Below are positions 7,824 through 17,922 of a stretch of 64,000 bases of DNA, piece after piece. The DNA is taken from the NCBI GenBank assembly GCA_963850305.1, contig CAWKKR010000007.1:416001-480000 (forward strand), given 5' to 3'. A program made the translations under genes and the position numbers. This DNA comes from an uncultured delta proteobacterium (lineage in GTDB: Bacteria; Myxococcota_A; Polyangia; Polyangiales; Polyangiaceae). Below the pieces are notes generated by a model. That model ran no database searches and was not told where the DNA came from. It was given only the letters and a program-made list of their open reading frames with translations. Within the stretch, counting starts at the first letter, position 1. Each line of letters begins with the position of its first letter.

Positions 7824-9554
7824 TCAGGCTGCGGGGCTCTGTCCCGACGAGTCCTTCTTGTCGCCGTTGGCGCCTTCGCCGTTCGGCTGGATCTCGTTCA
7901 GGAGCTCGCGGCACTCGGGTTTGCCCTTCAGATGAGTCATGAGGGTGCCGGTGGCCTTCTGAAACGTGTCCTCGAACTTCAGGCCTTCGCGCGTGCGGGC
8001 GGCGACCTTTTCGCGGCCCGAGGCCAGATCTTCCTCGAGCGCCTCGGCGTAGCGAGCGAGCTGGGCGCGGAGTTCTTCTATCTGACGCCGCAGATCCTTG
8101 GCCGTCGTTTCGCGGGCCACGCGCTTGGTCTCGCGCTGCTTCAGCAGCTGCCGCTTGACGTCGACGAGGGCCGTCGCCGCGCCCGCTTGCTCGTATGTCG
8201 CACGCGTTCCTCTGCCGGCGCGTTCCGCTTCATTGGCCTTCGCCGAGGCTTCGATCGACTGCTTTTCGGCGACGAGGAGCTCCGCGCGGGCGGTCTCTTC
8301 TTCCTCGGCGTGAGTGGCCGCGTCGCGGAGGGCTCGCGATTCTTCCTGGGCGAGTTCCTCCACCTTTCGACCGATTTCCGCGCGGAGCGCTCGGCCGCGC
8401 CGCTCGAGCGCTTCCAGACGGCGGGTGTGGCTCGCGATCTCGCCTTCGAGGCCGTTCGCTTTCGCGGCGACGTCCCAGGACGTCGCGAGCGATTGGAGGA
8501 TCTCTCCGGGCGCGTTCCCGGACGGGTATGCGCGCGCGAGCATGCGCGAGAAGAGACCCGCGCGGCTCGCCCACTCCGTGACGTTCGCCGAGCGCGGGGG
8601 CGGGGGCGGAAACTGCTGTGGCGCGGCGACCTGCTCGCCACCCTCCTTGTCCCACGCTTGGGAGGGCAAGGAGCGCTGGAGCGCCTTCAGTTCTTCGAGA
8701 AGATGGTGACCGTCGCGATAGCGCCGTCGCGGGTCCTTCTCCAGAAGTCGCATGATGATGCGCTCGGCCACGGGATGGCAGTCCTTGCGGAGCGTGCTTG
8801 GCTTGGTCGCGGGCGCGGTGCGCTGCATCTCGAGTAGCGTGTCGCGATCGCTCGATCGGAAGGGGAGCTGTCCGGTCAGCATCTCGAAGAAGAGGATGCC
8901 GAGCGCATAGAGATCCGACTGAGGACCTGCTTGCTCGCCGCGTGCCTGCTCGGGAGACATGTACTCGGGCGTTCCGAACACGGCTCCCTTCGGAGCGAGG
9001 CGCGGATCGTGCGCCAGCGCGGCGAGCCCGAAGTCGAGGATCTTCACGAAGTCTTTTCGGCCGCCGCGCGCGGTGAGAAGAATGTTGTCGCTCTTCAGAT
9101 CGCGGTGCACGACGCCGAGATCGTGGGCGCGCGCAAGGGCGGCTCCCATCTGCTCGAGAATGTCGACGGCACGCTGGATAGGCATCGGACCGCGCGCGAT
9201 CTCGGCGGAGAGCGGGGTGCCGACGAGGTACTCCATGACGAGATAGAGTTCGCTCTCCTCGGTCTCGCCGATGTCGTGAATGTCGATGATGTGCGCGTGG
9301 TCCACCCGATTCGCCGCGCGGGCTTCGCGCAGCATCCAGGCACGCAGATGCGTCTCGCTCCGCAAATCGGGTCGGATCAGTTTGACCGCGACGACGCGAT
9401 CGATGAGCACGTGGCGGGCGCGATAGACGATGCCCATCCCGCCTTCGCCGATGCGTGCTTCGAGCCGATAGCGCCCAGCAATGACCTTGTTCAGCGCCGG
9501 ATCGTTCACGGTCCGGCGGGCTACCTTCGATTTCTCGGCGACTGCGTCAGGCAT
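7824..9554 (-). CDS. Ser/Thr protein kinase with C-terminal coiled coil
   Basis: IGEGGMGIVY, VAVK, HRDLKSDN, DFGLA, GTPEYMSPE; charged helical C-terminus; no TM helix. Confidence 0.95.
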   Translation of the reverse strand: MPDAVAEKSKVARRTVNDPALNKVIAGRYRLEARIGEGGMGIVYRARHVLIDRVVAVKLIRPDLRSETHLRAWMLREARAANRVDHAHIIDIHDIGETEESELYLVMEYLVGTPLSAEIARGPMPIQRAVDILEQMGAALARAHDLGVVHRDLKSDNILLTARGGRKDFVKILDFGLAALAHDPRLAPKGAVFGTPEYMSPEQARGEQAGPQSDLYALGILFFEMLTGQLPFRSSDRDTLLEMQRTAPATKPSTLRKDCHPVAERIIMRLLEKDPRRRYRDGHHLLEELKALQRSLPSQAWDKEGGEQVAAPQQFPPPPPRSANVTEWASRAGLFSRMLARAYPSGNAPGEILQSLATSWDVAAKANGLEGEIASHTRRLEALERRGRALRAEIGRKVEELAQEESRALRDAATHAEEEETARAELLVAEKQSIEASAKANEAERAGRGTRATYEQAGAATALVDVKRQLLKQRETKRVARETTAKDLRRQIEELRAQLARYAEALEEDLASGREKVAARTREGLKFEDTFQKATGTLMTHLKGKPECRELLNEIQPNGEGANGDKKDSSGQSPAA

Positions 9555-9756
9555 CGTATTCGGGTGCGGTGGGCTCGCCTCAGGGCGCGAGCACGGCAAC
9601 GTTCGATAACTTCACCCGAAGTTCGAACTCGCGACAAGAACAATCCCCGCCATCGCCGTCACTCCACAGCTTGCACCAGAGGAGCGCGCCATTCCCCGGA
9701 GCCACCGGCCCGCGCTCGTGGCGAAAGCGAAAGGCCTTGTTCCGTGTCGCCTCGGG

Positions 9757-10395
9757 TCAGAAAACCACATTCACGAGCGGAATCGATACTTCCGTTCGTT
9801 GCTTGATGCCAAGCTCCGCGATCTCCGTGCGGGTATACATCTGTCGCACCTCGACGTCCGGCACCGACATCGTCACTGAGCCTTCGTCGACGGCTACGAG
9901 CGCCGGCGGCAGCTTCGGGAGCTTCGCGATGGTCTCGGAGTGATGCGTCGTGGCACGGCTGGTGGGCGCGCTCGGCGCTGGCGGCGCACTCTGGGCCGGA
10001 TTCGCAACCGGCTCATCCGCGGGTGGTCGATCTTCGACGTAGTTGACCGGTTCGTACGCAGTCGCGCTGAGGACGGCGACGGTCGTGGGGATCACGAGAA
10101 CCATTCCGCCCACGAGCATGTAGAGGGAGACCTTCGTGGCGGCGTCAGTCTCCACGAAGTGCCCGCCCACCGCTCCGGCGACCGCACCGAGGCCGCCTCC
10201 GACGGCGTACGCCCAGGCGGGCTTCACGTCCGCCGCAGCCTCGACGAGCATCACCGTCTCGCCGCCGAGCAAGCCGCCGCCGACGATCCCCTTGCCCGTC
10301 GGAGACCCGACGCCGTCCGCGTGAGCGACCTGCGGCAACGCAGCGCTCGCGAAGACGACGACACCACCAATCAAATATTGTCCGAACCCTCGCAT
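9757..10395 (-). CDS. Hypothetical exported/membrane protein
   Basis: Signal peptide MRGFGQYLIGGVVVFASAALPQVAHA, Gly-rich hydrophobic helices, Pro-rich linker, C-terminal Phe. Confidence 0.7.
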   Translation of the reverse strand: MRGFGQYLIGGVVVFASAALPQVAHADGVGSPTGKGIVGGGLLGGETVMLVEAAADVKPAWAYAVGGGLGAVAGAVGGHFVETDAATKVSLYMLVGGMVLVIPTTVAVLSATAYEPVNYVEDRPPADEPVANPAQSAPPAPSAPTSRATTHHSETIAKLPKLPPALVAVDEGSVTMSVPDVEVRQMYTRTEIAELGIKQRTEVSIPLVNVVF

Positions 10396-10576
10396 GGGCC
10401 CTCCAAAGTTTACGTGACGGCAGAAAGCGGAGGCCCGCATTAGACCGACTTTCCGCGTCCGGTGACAGATAAAACGGTCCGCCCTCACGGTTTCGGCCGG
10501 TCCGCGCTTAATCTCGGTTTCCTGGCCACGCCCATTCTCGCTGCTTGGGTGAGAAGGCCGCGCGGACATTCACGCC

Positions 10577-11533
10577 GTGAAGGCACTGATAACCCACTCA
10601 GCTCGGGCGGCGGCCGCCGCGACGGGCCTCATTTTCGCCATCGGCCTCGGCGCCGCGCTGGTTCGGCTGCTGCCATGGCTCGTCGCGCCGGAAGTCCCCT
10701 GGCGCATCTGCGCCCCGTTCGCCGCCCTTCTGGCCGGGTCTGCGTTCGAGGTCGCGATCCTGATCGGAGTACCCCTGGGCTTCGGGGTAGGGGCGGCCTT
10801 GTTCGTCGAGCGAGGCGAAGCGCTGGCCCTTCTGGCTCTCGGAGCCAGCCCGAGCCGGCTCGTCCTCGGCCTGGTCGCCCCGGGTCTGATGATCGTCGCT
10901 CTCGGTGCCGGCGTCGGCGCGGGGCGCGGAAGCCTTGCCGCCGGCGGACTCTTCACCCACCTGGTCGACGAAGGGCATGGCGCCTGTGAGTCGCGTTCCA
11001 GTCGGCGTCGCGTGGACGTTCCGCTGACGTCCTTGTCCTGGCTCTGTCTCCATTCCGGCGCCCGTCTCGCGGGGAGAATCCCGGGGTTTCCGGGTCCCCT
11101 CTGGTTCTCGGCGACGAACGTAATACCGAGCGAGGATCTCGGCGCTCTCGTCGTGTCCGACGTGGGCGTCGCAGGCGAATTGGGCCAGCGGACCCTGGAG
11201 TTCCGGGCCCGGCGGGTGCGCATCACGGGACTTTCGACGTGGGGCTCCTCGGCCTCGGCTCTCGGCGGGTGGCGGCGTGGGGGTTTGCTCTCCGGAGGAG
11301 CCCTCCTGATCGCCCTGCTGGCCGCGCTCCTCATGATCCGTGAGACGAGGGGGCATCCCCTGGTGGCAGCGATCATCGTCGTGCCGGCAACGGTCGTCAT
11401 GCTCGCGCTCGTTCACGCCCTGGACGCCCGGGTCGCGCCGGCCGCCGCATATATGGTGGCCCCGGCGGCAGGCGTCCTCTTCTTGTTCGCCGCGAACCGT
11501 CTGGCGCGCGTTGCTCCGAATCGGTCGGGGTGA
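10577..11533 (+). CDS. LptF/LptG-like permease (divergent)
   Basis: Three N-terminal TM helices with RGEALALLALGASPSRL motif, a soluble middle part and three C-terminal TM helices. Confidence 0.55.
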   Translation: MKALITHSARAAAAATGLIFAIGLGAALVRLLPWLVAPEVPWRICAPFAALLAGSAFEVAILIGVPLGFGVGAALFVERGEALALLALGASPSRLVLGLVAPGLMIVALGAGVGAGRGSLAAGGLFTHLVDEGHGACESRSSRRRVDVPLTSLSWLCLHSGARLAGRIPGFPGPLWFSATNVIPSEDLGALVVSDVGVAGELGQRTLEFRARRVRITGLSTWGSSASALGGWRRGGLLSGGALLIALLAALLMIRETRGHPLVAAIIVVPATVVMLALVHALDARVAPAAAYMVAPAAGVLFLFAANRLARVAPNRSG

Positions 11534-11575
11534 TACGACCCGCCTCGTCGACAGGTCGCCGAGTCCCCCCGCGCC

Positions 11576-12505
11576 ATGATTTCTTATCCCGGCCCCAGCG
11601 CGCCTTCGAGGCCGACTGTCCTCGCCGATGCGCCCCAGGGGCGTGACGTGGCTGGTCTGGCCACATCCCTGGTCCAGCTCACGAAGCCTGCCGTGACGCG
11701 GATGGTTCTCGCCACCGCGTGGTGTGGCGCGGCGATCGCGCCGGGGCCAATCCACAGCTACGCACGGCTCGCCTTCACGTTGCTCGGCACGACGCTCGTC
11801 GTCGGATCGGCAAACGCGCTCAACATGTACCTCGAGGGCGACGTCGACGCGCTGATGTCGCGCACCCGGAATCGCCCGATCCCGAGCGGCCGTCTGGCCC
11901 CGGAGGTCGCTCTCTGGTTCGGTATCACGCTCGCCGTCGTCGGGCTTCCGGTCCTCGCGTTCCTCGTCAACCCGCTCACGGCGTTCATCGGTGCGTTCGC
12001 GCTACTGTCGTACGTGCTGGTCTACACGCCCATGAAGCGTGTATCCCCGCTTGCGGTCTGGATGGGCGCCGTGCCGGGTGCTGCGCCGCCGCTCATGGGG
12101 TGGACCGGTGTCACGGGACACGTCAGCGCCGGGGCCCTGAGTCTGTTCCTCGTGCTCCTGGTCTGGCAGATTCCACACTTTCACGCGATCGCCATCTTCC
12201 GCGCCGAGGAGTATCGCCGCGCGGGGCTTCGCGTGCTCCCGGTCGTGCGCGGTCTCGACTACACCAAGTTCTCGATCGTCATTCTCCTGATTCTCCAGCT
12301 CGTCGTGAGCGCATTGCCGGCGTTCGCGGGCCTCGGCGGAAAGCCGTACGTGATCGTGGCGGCTCTGCTCGGGGCGATCTACGTGGGGTGGGGGCTCGCG
12401 GGACTTCGACCGAAGGCGGGAGCGCGCTGGGCCCGGTCGCTGTTCTTCGCGTCCATGCCGTATCTCCTGGCGCTCTTCATTGCGCTAGTCGTGGGCGCCA
12501 GCTGA
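11576..12505 (+). CDS. cyoE: Protoheme IX farnesyltransferase (heme o synthase)
   Basis: LTKP, NALNMYLEGDVDALMSRTRNRPIPSGR, YTPMKR, GAVPGAAPPLMGW, WQIPHF. Confidence 0.95.
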   Translation: MISYPGPSAPSRPTVLADAPQGRDVAGLATSLVQLTKPAVTRMVLATAWCGAAIAPGPIHSYARLAFTLLGTTLVVGSANALNMYLEGDVDALMSRTRNRPIPSGRLAPEVALWFGITLAVVGLPVLAFLVNPLTAFIGAFALLSYVLVYTPMKRVSPLAVWMGAVPGAAPPLMGWTGVTGHVSAGALSLFLVLLVWQIPHFHAIAIFRAEEYRRAGLRVLPVVRGLDYTKFSIVILLILQLVVSALPAFAGLGGKPYVIVAALLGAIYVGWGLAGLRPKAGARWARSLFFASMPYLLALFIALVVGAS

Positions 12506-13951
12506 ACTGATGACGGACTCGTACAGTGCGGCGTACGCGCCGGCGGAACGACCCCAGCCGAAGTTCTGCGACATGCCCGAGCGCTGGAGCGCTCTCCAGC
12601 CGGTCTTGCCGCGGTAGAGTCGGAGTGCGCGTTCGATCGCGTGACGGAGCGCGTCCGCGTTGTCGTCGACGAAGTCGAAGCCTGTCGCCGTGCCGGCGGC
12701 GCGAGCGTCGTCGGTTGCATCGACGACGGTGTCGGCGAGCCCACCCGTCCGCCGGACCACGGGCGGACTACCGTAGCGAAGTGCGTAGAGCTGCGTGAGC
12801 CCGCACGGCTCGGACCGCGACGGTACGAGCATCGAGTCGCTCCCCGCTTGCACCAGATGAGCGAGTCCCTCGTCGTAGCCGACGAGCGCCGCGACGCGGT
12901 CCGGGTACTGGCGGGCGAAACTCGAGATGGCCGTCGTGATGCCGGCATCTCCAGCCCCGAGCACGACGAGTTGCGCGCCGCTGGCGACGAGCCACGGAAT
13001 GATTTCCACGACCCAGTCGATGCCCTTTTGCCAGATCAGGCGGCTCACGATTCCGAAGAGAGGCGTCTTCGGATCGCGCGCCACCCCCGCGCGACGCTGG
13101 AGCGCCTCCTTCGATGTGGCCTTTCCACGCATCGACCTGGCCGAATAAGTCGCCGGAAGGTGGCGGTCCTTTGCCGGGTTCCATTCGCGGTAGTCCACGC
13201 CGTTGAGGATTCCGGTGAGCACGTCCTTCCGGCCCCGGAGCAGGCCTTCGAATCCCCCGCCCAGTCCTTCCATCTGGATCTCGCGCGCGTACGTCGGGCT
13301 CACGGTCGTGATGCGATCGGCGTAGTAGAGCGCGGCCTTCAGGAACGAGACGCGGCCGAAGAACTCCACTCCGTTCAACGAGAAGGTGGATTCGGGGAGC
13401 CCGAGCTCGCCGAACACGCTCCGCTCGAAGGCTCCGGGGTACGCGATGCTGTGGATCGTCGCGATGCAAGGGGGTCCGTTCGCAAGCTTCGTGTAAGCCA
13501 CGGCGAGACCGCCGGGCCAATCGTGGGCGTGTACGACGTCCGGCTTGTGGGCGTCATCGTTGGATGTGGCAAGCCACCGCGAAGCCCAGCCGAGCGCCGC
13601 GAATCGTCGATGATTGTCGGGCCAGTCAGCCCCTCTTTCGTCCTGGTATGGCCCCCCCGGGCGCCGGAACAGACCGGGCGAGTCGAGAACGTAGGCCGGG
13701 ACTCGACTTTCGCCCAGGCGCGCCGCGATGAGGCGCGCTGGGCCAGCACCAAAGAGAGCCGCGGCGGTCGTGAGCTCGCGTTCGTCGCGAGCGGCGTCGA
13801 GGACCGCCGTGTATCCGGGGACCAGGATCCGCGCGTCGACGCCCGCCTCGATCAGGGCGGGGGGTAGCGCTCCCGCGACGTCTCCGAGCCCTCCGGTTTT
13901 CACCCAGGGGTAGACTTCCGAGACGACATGGAGAACGCGCAATCGTGACAC
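12485..13951 (-). CDS. glgA: Glycogen synthase
   Basis: VVSEVYPWVKTGGLGDV, HAHDW, SRLIWQKG, PSRSEPCGLTQ; GTG start at 13951; 3' end overlaps cyoE convergently by 21 nt. Confidence 0.95.
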   Translation of the reverse strand: MSRLRVLHVVSEVYPWVKTGGLGDVAGALPPALIEAGVDARILVPGYTAVLDAARDERELTTAAALFGAGPARLIAARLGESRVPAYVLDSPGLFRRPGGPYQDERGADWPDNHRRFAALGWASRWLATSNDDAHKPDVVHAHDWPGGLAVAYTKLANGPPCIATIHSIAYPGAFERSVFGELGLPESTFSLNGVEFFGRVSFLKAALYYADRITTVSPTYAREIQMEGLGGGFEGLLRGRKDVLTGILNGVDYREWNPAKDRHLPATYSARSMRGKATSKEALQRRAGVARDPKTPLFGIVSRLIWQKGIDWVVEIIPWLVASGAQLVVLGAGDAGITTAISSFARQYPDRVAALVGYDEGLAHLVQAGSDSMLVPSRSEPCGLTQLYALRYGSPPVVRRTGGLADTVVDATDDARAAGTATGFDFVDDNADALRHAIERALRLYRGKTGWRALQRSGMSQNFGWGRSAGAYAALYESVISSAGAHD

Positions 13952-13977
13952 GGAGCTCCGGCTATTTCCGACGTCCG

Positions 13978-15237
13978 TCAACGAAGGCGTTCGATCATGT
14001 CGGCGGTGACGAGGGTGATGCCCTGTGCGGTGCGATGGAAGCGGGCCGCATCGGCGTCCGGATCTTCTCCGACGACGAGCCCCTCGGGGATCACGACGCC
14101 GCGATCGATGATGGCCCTCCGGATGTGCGCCTTCCGGCCAATCTTCGCATCCGGGAGCACGACGGATTCGTGAACGACCGAGTACGAATTGACGCGAACG
14201 CCGTACGAGAGAAGCGAGCGGCGAACGGTGGCTCCCGAGACGACGCAACCGTCCGCCACGACGCTGTCGACCGCCATCCCTCGACGAGTCGCGTCGTCAA
14301 AGACGAATTTTGCCGGCGCGAGCTGTCGGCGCTCCGTGAAGATTTGCCAGCTCTCGTCGTAGAGATTCAGGTCCGGTGTCACGCGGGTCAAGTCGATGTT
14401 CGCCTCCCAGTACGCGTCGAGGGTCCCGACGTCGCGCCAGTACGGCGGCGCATCGACGTTGCGCACGCAGCTCTTTCCGAGGCGGTGCGCGTAGACCGCC
14501 ACCCGGTCCACGAGCTTTGGCAGGAAATCTCGGCCGAAGTCATGCGTGGAATTCGGATCCGCGGCGTCCAGATCTAGCAGGTCGTAGAGGAACTCTGCGC
14601 GACAGACGTAGATCCCCATGCTCGCGAGGCACATCTCGGGTTGCCCAGGGATCCCGGGGGCGTCCTTCGGCTTCTCCAGGAAGCGAGTGATGCGATCGCT
14701 CGCATCGACCTCCATGACGCCGAATGCGGGGGACTGCTCGCGGGGCACCTCGAAGCAACCGACAGTCAGGTCGGCGCCGCGTTCGGCGTGCTCTTCGAGC
14801 ATGATCGAGTAGTCCATCTTGTAGACGTGATCGCCCGCCAGGATCACGACGTATTCGGGGTTTTCCGCGCGCAAAATGTCGAGGTTCTGCCAGACGGCGT
14901 CCGCCGTGCCACGGTACCACATCAGCTCGTCCACGCGCTGTTGCGCCGGCAGGAGATCCACGAACTCGTTCAGCTCCCCGCGCAGGAAGTCCCAGGAGCG
15001 CTGGATGTGCCGCAGGAGGCTGTGCGCCTTGTACTGAGTGAGGACGTAGATCCGACGCACACCCGAGTTGATGCAGTTCGAGAGCGCAAAGTCGATGATG
15101 CGATAGCGCCCGCCGAAATGAACCGCCGGTTTGGCTCTCCGGTCCGTCAGTTTCCCGAGTCTGGCGCCGCGCCCCCCCGCGAGGACGAGCGCGACCGAAC
15201 GATTTCCAAACCGGCGCGCGGATGTTTCGGGCGACAT
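13978..15237 (-). CDS. glgC: Glucose-1-phosphate adenylyltransferase
   Basis: [55 protein letters not shown]. Confidence 0.97.
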   Translation of the reverse strand: MSPETSARRFGNRSVALVLAGGRGARLGKLTDRRAKPAVHFGGRYRIIDFALSNCINSGVRRIYVLTQYKAHSLLRHIQRSWDFLRGELNEFVDLLPAQQRVDELMWYRGTADAVWQNLDILRAENPEYVVILAGDHVYKMDYSIMLEEHAERGADLTVGCFEVPREQSPAFGVMEVDASDRITRFLEKPKDAPGIPGQPEMCLASMGIYVCRAEFLYDLLDLDAADPNSTHDFGRDFLPKLVDRVAVYAHRLGKSCVRNVDAPPYWRDVGTLDAYWEANIDLTRVTPDLNLYDESWQIFTERRQLAPAKFVFDDATRRGMAVDSVVADGCVVSGATVRRSLLSYGVRVNSYSVVHESVVLPDAKIGRKAHIRRAIIDRGVVIPEGLVVGEDPDADAARFHRTAQGITLVTADMIERLR

Positions 15238-15403
15238 GATTCCGTCCTCTCGAGAGCTCGCTTGAATCATGAGCCCGGTGGCACCCGATTCGCAATGTCT
15301 CGATCGCTCGTTGTGACCCGGGCGTTTTCGGGTGAGTCTTCAGCCCTCAGGGCGCCGAGGCGTCCGAACGTTCGGGATCCATCTCCGAAGGCCCCAGCGA
15401 CCC

Positions 15404-17899
15404 ATGCCATCTTTACAACGATCCCACCCGCCGGTGGGAACCGACGACCGGACTGGCCTGACCCCCGACACGCTGAGGCGGGCCGTTCTGGACCATCTGC
15501 ACTACACGTGTGCTCGCGACCGTGAGTCGGCGACGCTGCAGGATCTCTACAACGCGATGGCTCACGCCATGCGCGATCGCTTGCTCAGCCGCTGGCTCTC
15601 GACGCGCGCGACGTACCGGAGCCTCCGTTCGAAGCGTGTCTATTACCTGTCCGCGGAATACCTGCTCGGTCGCGCGATGTCTCAGAATCTCGATAGCCTG
15701 GGGGTCTATGAGATCGCAGAGCGCATGCTCGCGGACGAGGGACTACACCTCGCGAGCGTGCTCGAGGAGGAGCCCGATCCCGGCCTCGGCAACGGAGGCC
15801 TCGGGCGACTCGCGGCGTGCTTCCTCGACTCGATGGCGGCGCTCGCGCTTCCCGGATTCGGTTACGGCATCCGCTACGAGTACGGCATCTTCGAGCAGCG
15901 CATCGAAGGAGGCGAGCAAGTCGAGCGCGGCGACACCTGGCTGAAGTACGGCAATCCCTGGGAAATCCCTCGCTACGATCGAGCCGTCGACGTGCACTTT
16001 TATGGCCGCGTCGCGAAGCACATGGACGGCGGCATGGAGAAATCGACCTGGGTCGAGGGGAAGCGCGTCGTCGGCGTGCCCTACGACATTCCCATCGCGG
16101 GCTTTCGAAACGGCACGGTGAACACACTCCGGCTCTGGTCGGCGCGGGCCGCGGACGAGTTCGATCTGCATCTGTTCAATTCCGGGGATTTCAGGCGAGC
16201 AGTGGAGGAGAAAGTGACGAGCGAGACCATCTCGCGCGTTCTTTATCCCGCGGACCATTCGGTCGAGGGGAAGGAACTCCGGCTCAAGCAGCAGTACTTC
16301 TTCGTCGCGTGCTCGATCGGGGACATCATCCGTCGATACAAGACTCATGAGGCCGGATTCTCGGGGTTTCCGTCGAAGATTGCCATCCAGATGAACGACA
16401 CGCATCCGTCGATCGCGGTCGCGGAGTTGATGCGCGTGCTCGTCGACGAAGAGGGGCTGCCCTGGGACGAAGCGTGGTCGATAACGGAGCGGTCGGTGGC
16501 GTACACGAACCACACGTTGATGCCCGAGGCCCTCGAGAAGTGGCCCGTCGAGATGTTCGAGCGCCTGCTGCCGCGTCATCTCTCGATCATCTTCGAGATC
16601 AACTCGCGCTTCTTGCGCAGAGCCAGCATCCAGTGGCCCGGCGACAACGAACGTCTGAGGCGGATGTCGATCATAGAAGAAGAGCCCGAGCGCGCCATCC
16701 GGATGGCGCATCTCGCCGCCGTCGGTTCGAGTCGCGTCAACGGCGTCGCGGAGCTCCATTCGGAGCTCGTCCGGACGCGGCTGTTCCCCGACTTCGCGGC
16801 CCTCTGGCCCGACAAGTTCATCAACGAGACCAACGGCGTTTCGCCGCGGCGATGGCTCCGTATCGCGAACCCAGCGTTGTGTCGCGTCTTCGACCGGAGG
16901 CTCGGTGATGGCTGGCTCTCCGATCTGAGAAAGCTCGAGGGACTTCGGGACGTTTCGGACCCGCAGGCGCTATACGACGAGCTTCGCGCGGTGAAGCACG
17001 AAAACAAGACGCGGCTAGCCGAGTTGTCGAAAACGCTCACGAAGGTGTCGCTCGACCCGGAATCCATGTTCGTTGTTCAGGTGAAGAGGATTCACGAGTA
17101 CAAGCGCCAGATCCTCTGCTGTCTCCACGTGATTTCGCTCTACCTCCGCATCAAGGACGATCCGGCGGCGGCGATGCTGCCGCGCACCTTCATTTTTGCC
17201 GGGAAGGCCGCGCCGGGGTACGCGATGGCGAAACAACACATTCGCCTCATCTCCGACGTCGCGAGCATCGTCAACGAGGACCCCGCCGTCGCGGGTCGTC
17301 TACGCGTCGTGTTCTTGCCGAACTACAGCGTCACGCTCGCCGAACGGATCATTCCGGCTGCCGATCTATCCCTGCAGATTTCGCTCGCGGGCACGGAGGC
17401 ATCCGGCACCGGCAACATGAAGCTGGCGATGAACGGGGCGCTGACGATCGGCACGCTCGACGGTGCGAATATCGAGATTCGCGATCGAGTCGGCGTCGAG
17501 AACTTCTTCTTGTTCGGTTCGACCGCGAGTGCCGTGGACGAAATACGTCGCCGCGGGTATCGCCCGGCAGACTTCATCCGGAAGAGCGAGACGCTGAGGC
17601 GCGTCGTGGAGTTGCTGAACACGGGCTTCTTCAGTCCTGATGATCGCTCGCGCAGCGCGGCCATGGCGGCATACCTCCGAGAGCACGACCCCTTCCTCGT
17701 CTGTGCCGATTTCGACGATTATCTTCGAGTTCAGGAAGAGGTGGCGCAGGTTTACGTGGATCGAGCGGAATGGATGCGGCGCGTCGTCTGGAACGTTTCC
17801 CGCATGGCGCCGTTTTCGAGCGACGAGACCATCCGGCGCTATGCGCGGGACATCTGGGGCATCGTCCCCGTGCGGATCGCCGAAGAAGTGGGCGGTTGA
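15404..17899 (+). CDS. glgP: Glycogen/starch phosphorylase
   Basis: LGNGGLGRLAACFLDS, ELRLKQQYFF, KRIHEYKRQ, PLP site EASGTGNMK. Confidence 0.97.
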   Translation: MPSLQRSHPPVGTDDRTGLTPDTLRRAVLDHLHYTCARDRESATLQDLYNAMAHAMRDRLLSRWLSTRATYRSLRSKRVYYLSAEYLLGRAMSQNLDSLGVYEIAERMLADEGLHLASVLEEEPDPGLGNGGLGRLAACFLDSMAALALPGFGYGIRYEYGIFEQRIEGGEQVERGDTWLKYGNPWEIPRYDRAVDVHFYGRVAKHMDGGMEKSTWVEGKRVVGVPYDIPIAGFRNGTVNTLRLWSARAADEFDLHLFNSGDFRRAVEEKVTSETISRVLYPADHSVEGKELRLKQQYFFVACSIGDIIRRYKTHEAGFSGFPSKIAIQMNDTHPSIAVAELMRVLVDEEGLPWDEAWSITERSVAYTNHTLMPEALEKWPVEMFERLLPRHLSIIFEINSRFLRRASIQWPGDNERLRRMSIIEEEPERAIRMAHLAAVGSSRVNGVAELHSELVRTRLFPDFAALWPDKFINETNGVSPRRWLRIANPALCRVFDRRLGDGWLSDLRKLEGLRDVSDPQALYDELRAVKHENKTRLAELSKTLTKVSLDPESMFVVQVKRIHEYKRQILCCLHVISLYLRIKDDPAAAMLPRTFIFAGKAAPGYAMAKQHIRLISDVASIVNEDPAVAGRLRVVFLPNYSVTLAERIIPAADLSLQISLAGTEASGTGNMKLAMNGALTIGTLDGANIEIRDRVGVENFFLFGSTASAVDEIRRRGYRPADFIRKSETLRRVVELLNTGFFSPDDRSRSAAMAAYLREHDPFLVCADFDDYLRVQEEVAQVYVDRAEWMRRVVWNVSRMAPFSSDETIRRYARDIWGIVPVRIAEEVGG

Positions 17900-17922
17900 A
17901 CGGCCCGGCGAGGCCGTGCGCG